A DNA stretch of 60,000 bases from Mobula hypostoma (GCF_963921235.1 NC_086097.1:86492001-86552000); one strand, 5' to 3'. Shown: positions 13,441 to 26,944, counted from the first letter of the stretch. Numbers and translations: made by a program. Notes: generated by a model from the sequence alone, not told the origin.

Positions 13441-15314
13441 CTGGAGAAGGGAGAGAGAGTGTTGGAGAGTGGTCAGGAGTGGGCACACACTCAATTCAAG
13501 AGCCAGAGTGTGCAATACTAAGGAAAAGGAAGATAAGAGAATGATAAAGTGAAGACAGGAGACACAGTGCCAATATATAACCTGTGGCTGCACACATCGC
13601 TGCTTTATTCTAAATGTCAGGCATGAATGTAGGGGAGCTCAAACCACAGCATATTAAGTCACTGTATATTGTGAAAATGTACAAAATCTCAAAGGCGTTT
13701 AGTTCTTTTTATTGTAATGGGTAGTAGAAATATCACAGAATTATTTCTTCATTTAAAAATGGCTCATCTTTGGTTCTTTATGATTTTAATTTGTGGTGGT
13801 GTTCCTTCTATTTGCCGGTATTATTATTCATCACATTATAAACCAGATGATAAAACTATTTTATTTGCCTTGGTGATACAGAGGCACACAACCAAGATAA
13901 ATGCAATAATGTAGGAAAGCAGCGGCTAAATGTCATTCAATTAAATGTCAAGTGATTCAGCTGGTGTCATGTGGCTACATCACTTCTGACCAAATGTGAG
14001 ATGGTAAATTTTCAGAACAAACCAATATTATTCTGAGAAATACAACATTGAATATTGCTCCTTTTATTTTCTATTAATTTATTTTCTCTCTATTTGGTTT
14101 GAAAGCAGCCCTGGTCACCTTCATCCAGCAGGAAGATTTCTGTCGACTTTAAGTCTTCATGATCTAAGCGGGTATGGAAGTACAATCATTTCACTGATGA
14201 TAAAACATCATTAAGGGTTCCTCTTTGTTGACAATACACCAACAAATAAACAGATACAGAAATGGATCTCGTGCATGGCACATACCCATTGCACCAGTGA
14301 ACGGAATAGGAGTTTTAAGATGATGGACTGCTTTCTTCTGGGTGTTACTAAGATCCTTGAATCAGTGCCGTCTAAATAAGAGGTAGGTATTCCATCATAC
14401 ATCTGATTTGTACCTTGTAGGAAAATGAAAGCTTGAGAGGAACCAAGTTACTCACCTTGTTCACATACCTACAAGTACAAGTGATTCTCGGATGTTATTG
14501 GTAGAGAATTTAATAAAGATAACACCATCAAATATTAAGAGGAAATTCGTTATTGTTGAGTAAGGTACTCATGTTGTCATGACTTGCTATCAAGAAGCCC
14601 ACACCTTGAACTAGCTGTATCTGAACATGAACATTATCTGAGAAGCTAAAAATGAAACCAGTGCTCAGCCTTTCATGAACTTTCTCAATTCTGAACTTCA
14701 TCGGAAAGAAGGTAATTGATGCAGCAGCTGAAGATGGCTGGGATATTTTCCATGGGCTGTCATAACTGTTCTCTGATGCTCACCATATTGCTTTGTTCCA
14801 GATACAAGTCCAGCATGCAAATAGCTTACCCCCTCATTCTTACTGACTATAGTTTTACTCCATCTCCATCTTTGGTATCTTAAGGCAAAGAGCTTCTCCT
14901 CTGGAATCTAGTACTGGCTCAAGGCTGAAATGAGTTCCAACCATTGGGAGAACCAAAACCAAACATTAGTGAGATTATTGGCAAGCAGGTAGTATCTGTT
15001 CATGCTGTCAATGATTATTTCCCATCACCTCCTCGTGATTAGGATCAGACATACTTGGGTATTTTTTCCTCACTTATACCAGTGTCATTGCTTTTCGGGA
15101 ACAGTTTGGCTGGAGTTCATCTAATCTAGAGCATGGATTATCAACATCGAACAGCTGGGATATTTAAGATCCAGAGCTTTGGACGTATCCTGTATAATCA
15201 GCCATTTTTCCATACACGCAGGACTGAATTGGCTAAATATTCCCTTCTATCATGGTGGAGACCTCAAGAAGTGGAACAACTAACATTTTGGGTGAGGAAT
15301 GATTTTAAGATATT

Positions 15315-16841
15315 AGAACATAGAACATAGAACAGTACAGCACAGTACAGGCCTTTCGGCCCACAATGTTGTGCCGACCCTCAAACCCTGCCTCCCATAA
15401 AAGCCCCCACCTTAGATTCCTCCATATACCTGTCTAGTAGTCTCTTGAACTTCACTAGTGTATCTGCCTCCACCACTGACTCAGGCAGTGCATTCCACGC
15501 ACCAACCACTCTCTGAGTAAAAAACCTTCCTCTAATATCCCCCTTGAACTTCCCACCCCTTACCTTAAAGCCATGTCTTCTTGTATTGAGCAGAAGTGCC
15601 CTGGGGAAGAGGCGCTGGCTATCCACTCTATCTATTCCTCTTATTATCTTGTACACCTCTATCATGTCTCCTCTCATCCTCTTTCTCTCCAAAGAGTAAA
15701 GCCCTAGCTCCCTTAATCTCTGATCATAATGCATACTTTCTAAACCAGGCAGCATCCTGGTAAATCTCCTCTGTACCCTTTCCAATGCTTCCACATCCTT
15801 CCTATAGTGAGGCGACCAGAACTGGACACAATACTCCAAGTGTGGCCTAACCAGAGTTTTATAGAGCTGCATCACTACATCGCGACTCTTAAACCCTATC
15901 CCTCGACTTATTAAAGCTAACACCCCATAAGCTTTCTTAACTATCCTATCCACCTGTGAGGCAACTTTCAGGGATCTGTGGACATGTACCCCGAGATCCC
16001 TCTGCTCCTCCACACTACCAGGTATCCTGCCATTTACTTTGTACTCTGCCTTGGAGTTTGTCCTTCCAAAGTGTACAACCTCACACTTCTCCGGGTTGAA
16101 CTCCATCTGCCACTTCTCAGCCCACTTCTGCATCCTATCAAAGTCTCTCTGCAATCTTTGACAATCCTCTACACCATCTACAACACCACCAACCTTTGTG
16201 TCATCTGCAAACTTGCCAACCCACCCTTCTACCCCCACATCCAGGTCGTTAATAAAAATCACGAAAAGTAAAGGTCCCAGAACAGATCCTTGTGGGACAC
16301 CACTAGTCACAACCCTCCAATCTGAATGTACTCCCTCCACCACCGCCCTCTGCCTTCTGCAGGCAAGCCAATTCTGAATCCACCTGGCCAAACTTCCCTG
16401 GATCCCATGCCTTCTAACTTTCTGAATAAGCCTACCGTGTGGAACCTTGTCAAATGCCTTACTAAAATCCATGTAGATCACATCCACTGCACTACCCTCA
16501 TCTATATGCCTGGTCACCTCCTCAAAGAACTCTATCAGGCTTGTTAGATACGATCTGCCCTTCGCAAAGCCATGCTGACTGTCCCTGATCAGACCATGAT
16601 TCTCTAATTGCCTATAGATCCTATCTCTAAGAATCTTTTCCAACAGCTTTCCCACCACAGACGTAAGGCTCACTGGTCTATAATTACCCGGACTATCCCT
16701 ACTACCTTTTTTGAACAAGGGAACAACATTCACCTCCCTCCAATCCTCCAGTACCATTCCCATGGACAACGAGGACATAAAGATCCTAGCCAGAGGCTCA
16801 GCAATCTCTTCTCTCGCCTCGTGGAGCAGCCTGGGGAATAT
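15315..16841 (-). mobile_element. Young 5'-truncated CR1 LINE with an uninterrupted RT and C-terminal reading frame
   Basis: ORF 15381..16880 (499 aa): [45 protein letters not shown]. (GTTCTAT)n tail at ~15315-15333. The first residues of the ORF come from flanking DNA. Confidence 0.96.
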
Positions 16842-16879
16842 TTTGACAAAACCAGCCAGGGAAATTTTCTGTACTGACA

Positions 16880-17185
16880 CATACCACCAAGCTCAAGGAA
16901 AGCTCAAGGAGAACTTCCATCTGCTGTTATAAGGCTACTGAACAGACCTCTTGTACGAAAAGGACTCTTGACCTAACAGTCTACTTTGTTATGGCATTGT
17001 GCCTCATGTCTGCCTGCACTGCACTTACTCTATAATTGTAATGCTATATTTTCTGCATTGTTATTGATTTTCCCTTGCAGCACCTCAATGGACTGATGTA
17101 ATGAAATAACCTGCATGGATTGCACGCAGAACAAAGTTTTCTATGGTACCTCGTACCTGTGACAATAGTAAACCAATTACTAATT
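16880..17185 (+). mobile_element. Rex1/Babar LINE 3' fragment
   Basis: accaccaagctcaagga...gttataaggctactgaac, with the same 3' end as 5280-5530. Confidence 0.6.
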
Positions 17186-17214
17186 TCAATGTTAACACAT
17201 AGCAAGTAGTAGGT

Positions 17215-18810
17215 CATATCTAACCAATCTTATAGAGTTTTTCAAGGAAGTTGCCAGAAGTGTTGATGAAGAAAAAGCAGTGGATGTTGTCTATACGGAC
17301 TTTAGCAAGGCACTTGACAAGGTGCTGTATGGGAGGTTGATTAAGAAGGTTTAGTAGCTCAGCATTCAGGATGAGCGAGTAAACTGGATTCCACATTGAC
17401 TTTGCAACAGAAGCCAGAGAGTGGTAGTAGAGGGTTGCCTCTCTGACGAATATGCCCTCTAAGGCGTGCATGTGTGTGCGGACATAACTTTTGCTAATAG
17501 CACGCAAAAGAATTTGCACTGCGCACAAAAGGTTGTCACCCTCTACCTCATTGGCATGTTAAGTATATTTCATGACCGTATACAATCACATTCCCTTTTC
17601 CGGTTTCTGATGCGGACAGTGTTGACAATGTGGAATTTGCGATGATTTGTCTGCAGATTTTAGAAATGGCTTATTTATATTGTTTTCGTTGAAGAAATTA
17701 CTCAGTGTGGATATTTCCTTGTCACTGGACAAAAAAATTGCACGGCACAAGATTTTTGCACACACTGGTCATTACGAATTAGAGGGAACATTGTCTCTTA
17801 CGGGAGGCCTGCGACTAGTGCTGTGCTGCAGGGATTGGTGGTGGGTCCGTTGTTGTTTGTCATCTGTATCAATGATATTTATGACATTGCAGTGATGTGG
17901 ATGAGCAATTATTTGCAAATGACACCAGTTTTGGGGGCTTAGTGGACAGTGAGGAAGGTTATCAAAGTTTGCAACAGAATATGAACCAGCTGGAAAAATG
18001 GGCTGAAAAATGGCAGATGGAATTTAATGCAGACAAGTATGAAGTGTTGTACTTTGGGAGGATAAACCAGGATCGGACTTGTACAGTGAATGGTAGGGCA
18101 CTGAAGAATGTAGTAGAACAGAGGGATCTGAGAATACAGATCAATAGTTCCTTGGAAGTTGTGGCACTGGTATATAAGGTAAGAAAGAGAGTTTTTAACA
18201 CCTTGGCTTTCATAAATCAAAGTAATGAGTACAGGAGTTAGGATGTTATGTTGAAGTTATACAAGACGTTAGTGAGGCTAAACCTGGAGTATTTTGTGCA
18301 GTTCTGGTCCCCTACCTACAGGAAAGAAACAATTAGATTGAAAGAGTGCAGAGAAGATTTGCAAGGATGTTGTCAGGACTTGGGAACCTGAGTTTCCGGG
18401 AAGATTGAATAAGCTTGGACTTTATTCCCTAGAGGACAGGAGAATGAGGAGAGATATAATACAAAATTAGGAGAGGTACAGATAGGCAACTATCTAAGCA
18501 AGCATTTACCACTGAGGTTGGGTGAAACTAGAATGAGGTCATGGGTCAAGGCTGAAAGATGAAATATTCAAGGGAACATGAGCGAGAACTTCTTCACTCA
18601 GAGTGTGGTAAGAGTGTGGAATGAGCTGCCAGCGGAACTGGCTGATAGTGGTTTGATTTAAACATTTAAGAGAAATTTGGGTAAGTACGTAGACAGGAGA
18701 GGAATGAGGGCTATGACCTGGGTGCAGGTCAATAGTACTAGGCAGAATAATATTTTGGTATGGATTAGATGGACTGAAGGGCTTTTTTCTAGGTCATAGT
18801 TTTCTACGGC
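17215..18810 (+). mobile_element. Degraded CR1 LINE, interrupted by a hAT MITE
   Basis: Remnants DFSKALDKV and LEKWAEKWQMEFNADKYEVLYFGR (ORF 17897..18241), followed by a CR1 3' UTR. Confidence 0.9.
17448..17793. mobile_element. Non-autonomous hAT element (MITE)
   Basis: TIRs gaatatgccctctaa / ttagagggaacattg (degenerate CAATGTTCCCTCTAA). 8-bp TSD tctct(g/t)ac at 17440-17447 and 17794-17801. Confidence 0.8.
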
Positions 18811-19135
18811 TCAAGGACTGTAAGTAGAATATGGTTTTCCCCTTACAAGAGTTTGGATTTTAACCTTTGGGTCTTTCAAGGCAGGCTTGTGCAATGTTCC
18901 CTCACCACAAAGTTAATCTAGGTTATTTTGTTTTAACAGCCGATAGGAGCTGAAACAGTTTGCTCTTCCAATGCAAACAACACTGCCTACAGATCGATAG
19001 ATATAAATAGTTCAGAATGCCATCACTTTTTTGTTGTAACACTATTCAAGTCAAAACTGATCAGAGCACAATTTTGTTGGTGCTTGTCCACATTACGAAC
19101 TGCAATTTTGATTTTCTGAGTCCCACCAGCTTCCT

Positions 19136-19888
19136 CATAGTCATAGTCATACTTCATTGATCCCGGGGGAAACTGGTTTTTGTTACAGTTGCACCATAAA
19201 TAATAAATAGTAATACAACCATAAATAGTTAAATAGTAATATGTAAATTATGCCAGTAAATTATGAAATAAGTCCAGGACCAGCCTATCGGCTCAGGGTG
19301 TCTGACCCTCCAAGGGAGGAGTTGTAAAGTTTGATGGCCACAGGCAGGAATGACTTCCTATGACGCTCTGTGCTGCATCTCAGTGGAATGAGTCTCTGGC
19401 TGAATGTACTCCTGTGCCCACCCAGTACATTATGTAGTGGATGGCAGACATTGACCAAGATGACATGCATCTTAGACAGCATCCTCTTTTCAGACAGCAC
19501 CGTGAGAGAGTCCAGTTCCACCCCCACAACATCACTGGCCTTACGAATGAGTTTGTTGATTCTGTTGGTGTCTGCTACCCTCAGCCTGCTACCCCAGCAC
19601 ACAACAGCAAACATGATAGCACTGGCCACCACAGACTTGTAGGACATCCTCAGCATCGTCCAGCAGATGTTAAAGGACCTCAGTCTCCTCAGGAAATAGA
19701 GACGTCTCTGACCCTTCTTGTAGACAGCCTCAATGTTCTTTGACCAGTCCAGTTTATTGTCAATTCATATCCCCAGGTATTTGTAATCCTCCACCATGTC
19801 CACACTGACCCCCTGGATGGAAACAGGGGTCACTGGTACCTTAGCTCTCCTCAGGTCTACCACCAGTTCCTTAGTCTTTTTCACATTA
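19136..19888 (-). mobile_element. Young Rex1/Babar LINE 3' fragment
   Basis: ORF 19285..19656 (YKSVVASAIMFAVVCWG...ERHRKSFLPVAIKLYN), (TATGAC)n tail, and a perfect 8-bp TSD agcttcct at 19128-19135 and 19889-19896. Confidence 0.88.
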
Positions 19889-20181
19889 AGCTTCCTGTGC
19901 TCACAATGGAGTTAGGCTAGTTATCCCCATACCCTTCAGACAGTGAAAAACCAACATGGTAAAATGTGGAACAATGGGGGAAACTCTCAAATGTCAGACA
20001 ACTGGAATAAGAAACAGTTAACATTTTAGGTCTGAGACCCTTCAGCAAAATGATATGCCCCAGCTTTGTTTCTCTTTCCACAGACTTTGTCTAGCCTGCT
20101 GAGCATTTCTATTTTATTGCGGATTTCCAACATCTGTATTTTTATCTGATTTTCATGGTGAAATGGTGCAATACTAAAATG

Positions 20182-21010
20182 ACACACACAAAATGCTAGA
20201 GGAACTCAGCACGTCAGGCAGCAACTATAGAAATGAATAAACAGTCAACATTTCAGGCCATGGGATTGAGAATAGGAATAGGAATTAAAATGGTTGGCCA
20301 CTGGGAAATTCCGCTTTTGGTGGATGGTGCGGAGGTGCTTAATAAAGCAGTTCCCAATTTACAGGAAGACCAGACACAACAGACATCCCAGCGGATTTGC
20401 AGGTGGAGTATTGCCTCACCTGGAAGGACTGTTTGGGGCCCTGAATGGACATGAGGGAGGAGGTGTATGGGCAGGTGTAGCACTTTGGCCACTTGCAGGG
20501 ATAAGTGCCAGGAAGGAGATTAGTGGGGAGGGAATCACAGAGGGAGAAACCCATGCAGAAAGCAGAGAGTTGGGGGAGGTAAAGATGCGTTTGTTGGTAG
20601 GATCACTTTGGAGATGGCCTGGAAAGGAAGGCCTCATTTTGGGAACAGTTGCAGTGGAGACAAAGGAACTGAGAAAAGGGAATACCATTTTTACAGGAGA
20701 CAGGGTGGGAAGAGGTATAGTCAAGATAGCCTTGAGAATCAGTAAGTTTATAAAAAATCTCAGTAGACAGCTTACTCTACAGATGGAGACAGAGAGATTC
20801 AAGAAAGGGGAAGAGGTATCAGAAAAGGACCAAGCGAATTTAAGTGGAAATTGGGGGCAAAGATGATGAAGCAGCACTAATGCAGTCATCAATGTAGATA
20901 GTAAAGAGCTGGGAAGCATTACCAAGGAAGGCTTAGAATATGGAATGTTTTGCATAGCCAATGAAAAAGCAAGCATAGATGGAGCTCATGCAGGTGTGCA
21001 TGGCTACCCC
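20182..21010 (-). mobile_element. Internally deleted Penelope-like element
   Basis: Remnants LKFAWSFSDTSSPFLNLSVSI and PGTYPCK..KCYTCPYTSS...QGPKQSFQV, homologous to 35169-37327. Confidence 0.8.
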
Positions 21011-21339
21011 ATATACTAAAATGATTAAAATGGCTGAAACCAGTGACTGCGGAAGAAGCAGACAATGCCATATCTTACCACCACTCAGGAAACCCGTGTT
21101 TGGTTTGGAATTTTGTAAATATGAATTTTCAATCTTTGCATTGCTCCTACAAATAAAAATATTCTGTGGGTGGAGACTATGACAAATCTGATCCTTATTC
21201 ACTCAACCATTTGTCTAAGTTGTTCTTAAATGATAACACCTCTGACTAGTAAAAATTGGAAAGTGTCAAAAGAGAAGTTGTTGAAAGTAGAAACAAGTTC
21301 TGCCAGATAGATGAAAGTGTTAGTCGAGTAGATCACCCT

Positions 21340-22230
21340 GTCTTCAAATGTATTTGAACCATTTCTGACACTTCTCTCCCTTTTCTGGATCTCTCTGTTT
21401 CCATCTCAGGAGACAATCTATCTACTTATTATAAAACCACCACTCTCACAGCTACCAAGACTAGACCTCCTTCTACTCTGTCCCTGTTACGATGCCTCGT
21501 CTTTCTCCCATTTTCTCCAGTTCCACTAAATCTACTCTCAAGGCATTCCAGGACATCAGAACTGGCTTCCTTCAGAAAATGTGGCTTCCCTTCTGCTGTT
21601 GTTCCCTTGTATTTCCTTCATTTCTTGAACTTTTGTTCTCACCACCCCTCTTCTAAACAGATATATAGTCCACTTAGTCCTCACATCATCATTCATCATT
21701 TCCACTGGCTGCAATGAGATCCCACCATTAACCTCATCTTCCCCTTCATTATCCCTTTCCACCTTCAGCTAGGACCACTCCCTCTGTGAGTCCTTGGTCT
21801 ATTCACCTCTCCCACTCACCCCTTTTTGAACCCCAGCACTTTCCCCTGTAACTGCTGGAAGTGGAACACTTTTTCTTGCACCTTTTCCTTCATCTCCATC
21901 CAGATACTCAAACAGCCCTTACAAGTGAGCCAAAGATTCATGTACACTTCCTCCACCCTTGGATACTACATTTGGTGTTCCCAAGGCTGCATCCTCTACA
22001 TCATCGAGGCTAATAATAGACAAAGTGACCAAACTGACGAAGCACCTGCTCTCTGTCTACAACTGGGGCATCATGAGCTCCTGGTTGCAGGCCACTGCAG
22101 CTCTCATTTACATTCCCACAACAACCTGCCAACCCTTGGCTTTCTCCACTTCCCAGTGCAATCTGGAGGAACAACCTGTTATATTCTGCCTGAGCATCAA
22201 ATTTTTGATTTTCAGATAAACCTCACCTCC
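21340..22230 (+). mobile_element. Highly degraded Penelope-like element
   Basis: Alignable by eye to the RT/GIY-YIG copy (ccatttctgacacttctctcccttttctggatctctc..., ctggaggaacaacc). Confidence 0.65.
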
Positions 22231-22655
22231 TGTCTTCCCCTCTCTGCCTCAAATGTCTCCTTCTAGTCCTCCCATTTTTGTCCTCTTTTCATTACCATTT
22301 CATCCCCTGACCCCCGAGAGTACCCCTTCCTCTGCTGGTTCCAGCTACATTCTGCCCACAAACCTCATCAACTAGTTCTCTTCCCCCATTTGATTTCATC
22401 TGCAATTCACCTCTCAACTAATGCTTTTGCATCGGATTCCAACACTGACGGCTTTAGGGTTCTTGCTTATCACCCTCCAGCAAGTGTCTCCAATCTTCAT
22501 ACTACCCCCTAGTACCTCCCCCCAACTGCCTCCATCTATCCCTGTATCTTTTCTTTTGTCTGCTCTCTCCTATCATCCACCTGCCTCTGTCTCTCAACTC
22601 CACCTCCACCTTGTTCCAACTGTCCATCATTCTTCACCCTTCCTCGATCTACATA

Positions 22656-23143
22656 CAGTACTGTCCAAATGTCTTAGGGACATACACTATAGAGAGCTAG
22701 GGTGCTGAAGACTTTTGCACAGTACTGTATTTGTCAACGTGGAGCAGGGCGCAACCTTGTAAGTTTGGCAGGAGCAAAGGATGTAGGAAACGGCGAAGGT
22801 GGAGTGCAGCGGTTGGGGCATGGGACAGATAGTAGAGGAGGAGTGTCGGGGAGGGGCAGAGCGGGAGCATACACACCCAGCCCAAAGACACCAGGCAAGT
22901 TCATTTGATTCCTCTGCTGCTTCCCACTACCTGACCATGATGCCCCTCTGCCTGCTCCCTTCCCACTCTCAGTCCACAATAGAAACCCATATCAGAATCA
23001 GGTTTATCGTTACTCACATATATCATGAAATTTGTTTCTTTTTTTGTGGCAGTACAGTGCAATATATAAATCTACTACAGTACTGTGCAACGTGTTAGGC
23101 ACCCTAGCTATATGAATGTGCCTAAGAATTTTGCATGGGGTTG
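22656..23143. mobile_element. Tc1/mariner-type MITE with internally repeated TIR motif
   Basis: The motif ta|cagtactgtgcaaaagtcttaggcac occurs at the left end, inverted at ~22700-22730, again at ~23076-23110, and degenerate-inverted at the right end followed by TA. Confidence 0.65.
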
Positions 23144-23439
23144 TACCTATCACTGGCTCCTGTCCCACCATTCCCCTTTCCTGGCTATCTTTTCTTTCCC
23201 CTCTCTGTCTTGATGCAACAATTCCTCCCCTGCCCTCCTCTGACAGATGCTGATCAATCCTTTGAGCTTCCCCATCAGTTGTTTTGCACAGCAGATTCCT
23301 ACATCTGCAGAGTTCACCATGTCAAAATGGGGATATTCCATTAATCACACAGAATTCAGTTCCATTCACAAACCCCCAGATAAGGAGGATGTTTATACAG
23401 CAAAACCAAAATGTAGCAACACTCTTGCATGTCAATGTC

Positions 23440-23860
23440 AGAACATAACCATTCCCAGCAAGTGGGAATCTTAATATTTATCTTTGACATTCAATGACAA
23501 AAGAATTATCTACAAACACCACTGTCCCTAACCCACTATCAACAACCTGGCACTGATGATCAGAAATTCAAATGAACCAGCCACATATTGCAGTGTTAGT
23601 CAGAGGCTGGACATCCTATAGTGATCACCTCGTCTTCTGACTCCTTGAAACTTTCCCGCCATAGAAAGCCTGATGGAACACTCTCCACTTGCCTGAAAAC
23701 TTGTAACTTCAACAACTCAGGAAGATCACCTCTATCCAACTGACACTCCACCCACCACTCTGTCACCAGCAGTTGCAGTTTATACCACCTACAAAATATA
23801 CTGCTGCAATTTGCTGAGATATCTCCAGCAGCACTTCTTAAAGCCACAAGCAAGTCAAGC
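23440..23860 (+). mobile_element. Old CR1/L2-group LINE remnant
   Basis: Similar to 11690-12070 (tgatggaacactctccacttgcctg; tataccacctacaaaata..ctgc). Confidence 0.45.
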
Positions 23861-25327
23861 TAACCAACTTCGAAGGTTTAGAGGGACATGGGAAAAACAC
23901 AGGTACTAAAGGAAGTGCATGGCAACTTCAGTCCTCCAAATCACACACTAGTCTGTGTTGGGAATAGTTATTTTTCATTATCTGTGGGTCAAAATCCTGA
24001 AACAATGTTTTCAACAGCATTATACATCACCATACTAAATTAAGACATTTCTAAGCGCTGTTAGGGATAACACTAAACATCCAGCCTGCCAGAGATACCT
24101 CTAATCCAGAAGGAATTAAAAAAGAAACGTTTTGGGTAAATTTCTAACAGTTGCTCAAAAATTTGTTTGGTGAATTGAAGGGTTTACTGGTTACCCAACA
24201 GTGAGATCCTAGAATGCAAACTGAAGTCAGGAAGCAATCAGAAAAATAATTTGGTTTGAAATCTATTTTCAATGGGCCTATGTCCCATTTATGTGAGGTT
24301 ATTAAGAACTTTTTCTGTGTTTTCATATCAGATAAGTAAACAGAATATAGATCATCACAGCCTTATAGAATATCTTGGGCATCCTTGAGTGAAGGTGAGA
24401 ATGTAAAGAATCACCAGCTGACACAATGAGCTTGCATTTGAATCCAAATTAACAACATATTCACCAACCATATAACTGTACCACCATTTGCTGTAAAACT
24501 CAGACCACAGGATGTACCTGATGAAGACACAGACACACAAGTATACCTACCACCAAGAAAATGTAGTATTTTCACTCACTTTTCCTGATGTATCTTTATA
24601 AGAAAAATGAATGTGGCATAACTGGTGGCTGATGATTTTAAAAAAAATTTCAAAGCCACTTAAATTTAAAATATTCAGGCAGGTCCACTGGATTAGAAGT
24701 AAGTATCCCAGATGAGAAATCTGAAGCCGTTCCAAATAAAATTCACCAAAGATCGGACATATTTAAGGTACGGTGAAGCTTCAAAAATTTGATATATTTT
24801 GGAAACAAATTATAAAAGGGGGCAATATTTTGATCTGATTTTGTTAATATGCCAGGCAGAAATAGCTGTTTCAGAGATTACTGAACCACAATTCAGAAAC
24901 CAAAACTTTAAAACTACAGTATTCTCCTACCTTGACTTAGGTTACAAATAGCACCATCTGAGGTTGTTTGGATTGAACATCAAAAAGGAAGAATCGCATT
25001 AGCTTAAATAAAACTCCTGATTATTTTTTTCTAAACAGGAAGGAAGCCTTTTGAAAACTCAATCAATTCTTTCCCTGCCTGCTTCTTGCTGCTTTTCCCC
25101 AACCTACAAAAAGTAAAGATGATTTTATCTTGCAATGTATCAGACTGGAGGACTGATATCCATGGCTGTTGCAGCTACAATGGCTTCAAACTCCAAACCT
25201 TCAAACAGTAGTTTGTGAGGGACCCCAATCTCTGTCAACTTCTTGTTAGCTCCCAAAAACAGTGTGAATACACTTTTCAACATGAGATTCTGAAACAAAA
25301 TGCTGGGTTTGTCATTAATATGGCAAC

Positions 25328-25795
25328 TGTCCCGTATCGGACCACAAAGCACTCCAGCGGGTGGTGGAAACTGCCCAGCAGATTATCGACACCCAATTGC
25401 CCACCATTGAGAACATTTACCATAAACGCTGCCTGGGCAGAGCGAAAAGCATTATTAAGGATGCATCTCACCCCAACCATGGACTTTTTACTCTCCTCCC
25501 ATCCGGTACGCGCTAAAGGAGCATCTGCTTCCACACCAGCAGGCTCAGGAAGAGTTTCTTCCAGGAGGCTGTGACCCTGCTGAACCTCTCATCACAGCGC
25601 TAAGCAGTATTGCACCCATATTGTACTGTCTCAGTACTTTTATATTTGTGTGCTGTAGCACTTACTTTTTATTCACAGTTATTTTGTAAATAACACTATT
25701 CTTTGTATTTCTGGTTAGATGCTAACTGCATTTCATTGGCTTTGTATCTGTACTCAGAACAATGACAATAAAGTTGAATCTAATCAAATCTAATC
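25328..25795 (+). mobile_element. Rex1/Babar LINE 3' fragment
   Basis: DHKALQRVVETAQQII... and accagcaggctcaggaagagtttcttcc. Ends aataaagttgaatctaatc. Confidence 0.75.
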
Positions 25796-26294
25796 CAATA
25801 TGCATTGAATTAATAGACCATGAAGGTTCTCTCACTATATAGCCAATTCGACACAGCTCCGCAGCATTTGACCCACACACAGCGGCAGCAGAGCCCAGCA
25901 TCAGGCCTCTGGACACATCTACATCTTACCTTCAATATAGAGCTCTATTTGGGAAAGGGTTGATATCCATGCAGATTCTGTACAGAAATATCTCACTGTC
26001 AGCTCCCTACTCTGAGTTATTGATGAGAACAGTCCCACAGTAGTACTGTACCACTTGAGGCCATTTGAAAGGGAAGTTGCAACACTGCCATCCATGAGTC
26101 TTGCTCCCTTCAAATTCGATTTTCCTACGACAGACCAAGTCATAATCTGTCGTTCTTAATACATCAGCTGTGATAGCGTTAGGTTATCAGAGTGACTTGT
26201 CATGACATTCCCCTTGTCAGAATAGTATAGATTTAAAAATTGGAGCAAGTTTCCAGAGGGAGTGGTGGAGACAGGTACAATTACAAAATTTGAA

Positions 26295-26838
26295 ACTTCA
26301 AAGTTTGAAGTAGATTTATTATCAAACTATATATATGCCACCATACACAACCCTGAGAATCATTTTATTGTGGGCATACTCAATAAATCCATAATAGAAT
26401 AATAACCATAATAGAATCAATGAAAGACCGCACCAACTTGGGCATTCAACCGGTGTGTAAAAGACAAAGTGTGCAATTACAAAAGAAATAATAATAATAA
26501 ATAAATAAGCAATAAATAGAGAACATGAGATAAAGAGTCCTTGAAAGTGAATTCATTTGTGGAGGGAACATATCAATAATGGGGCAAGTGAAATTGAGTG
26601 AATTTATCCTGATGGTGGAGTGGTAATGACTGTAGCTCAGCCTGGTGGTGGGAGTCCTGAGGACTGTTGGCAGCAGTGAGAACAGAACCTGTCCATGGTG
26701 GCGGGGGCTCTTAAAGATAGATACCGTTTCCTGCGACAGCGTTTCATGTAGATGCGCTCAATGGTCGGGAGGGGTTTACCCGTGATGGTTTGGGCCATAT
26801 CCACTACTTTTTGTAAGATTTTCCATTGGTGTTTCCTT
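26295..26838 (-). mobile_element. Rex1/Babar-related 3' fragment
   Basis: ORF 26637..26855 (WKILQKVVDMAQTITGKPLPTIERIY) and a (TTTGAAC)-type tail. Same family as 30150-30425 and 30705-31205. Confidence 0.7.
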
Positions 26839-26944
26839 ACCAGGCATTTGGACAATTACATGGACAGGAAAGGTTCAGAAGGAAACGGATGAAACAGAGG
26901 CAAATGGGACCAATTAGACTAAAAATTTCACTTGTGGATCTTTG

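Noticed and set aside
14100..14165. Minus-strand peptide HEDLKSTEIFLL resembling the kinase HRDLKSxNI motif
   Set aside because: Catalytic-loop Arg and Asn are missing, there is an in-frame stop a few codons upstream, and no other kinase motifs are adjacent. Likely chance.
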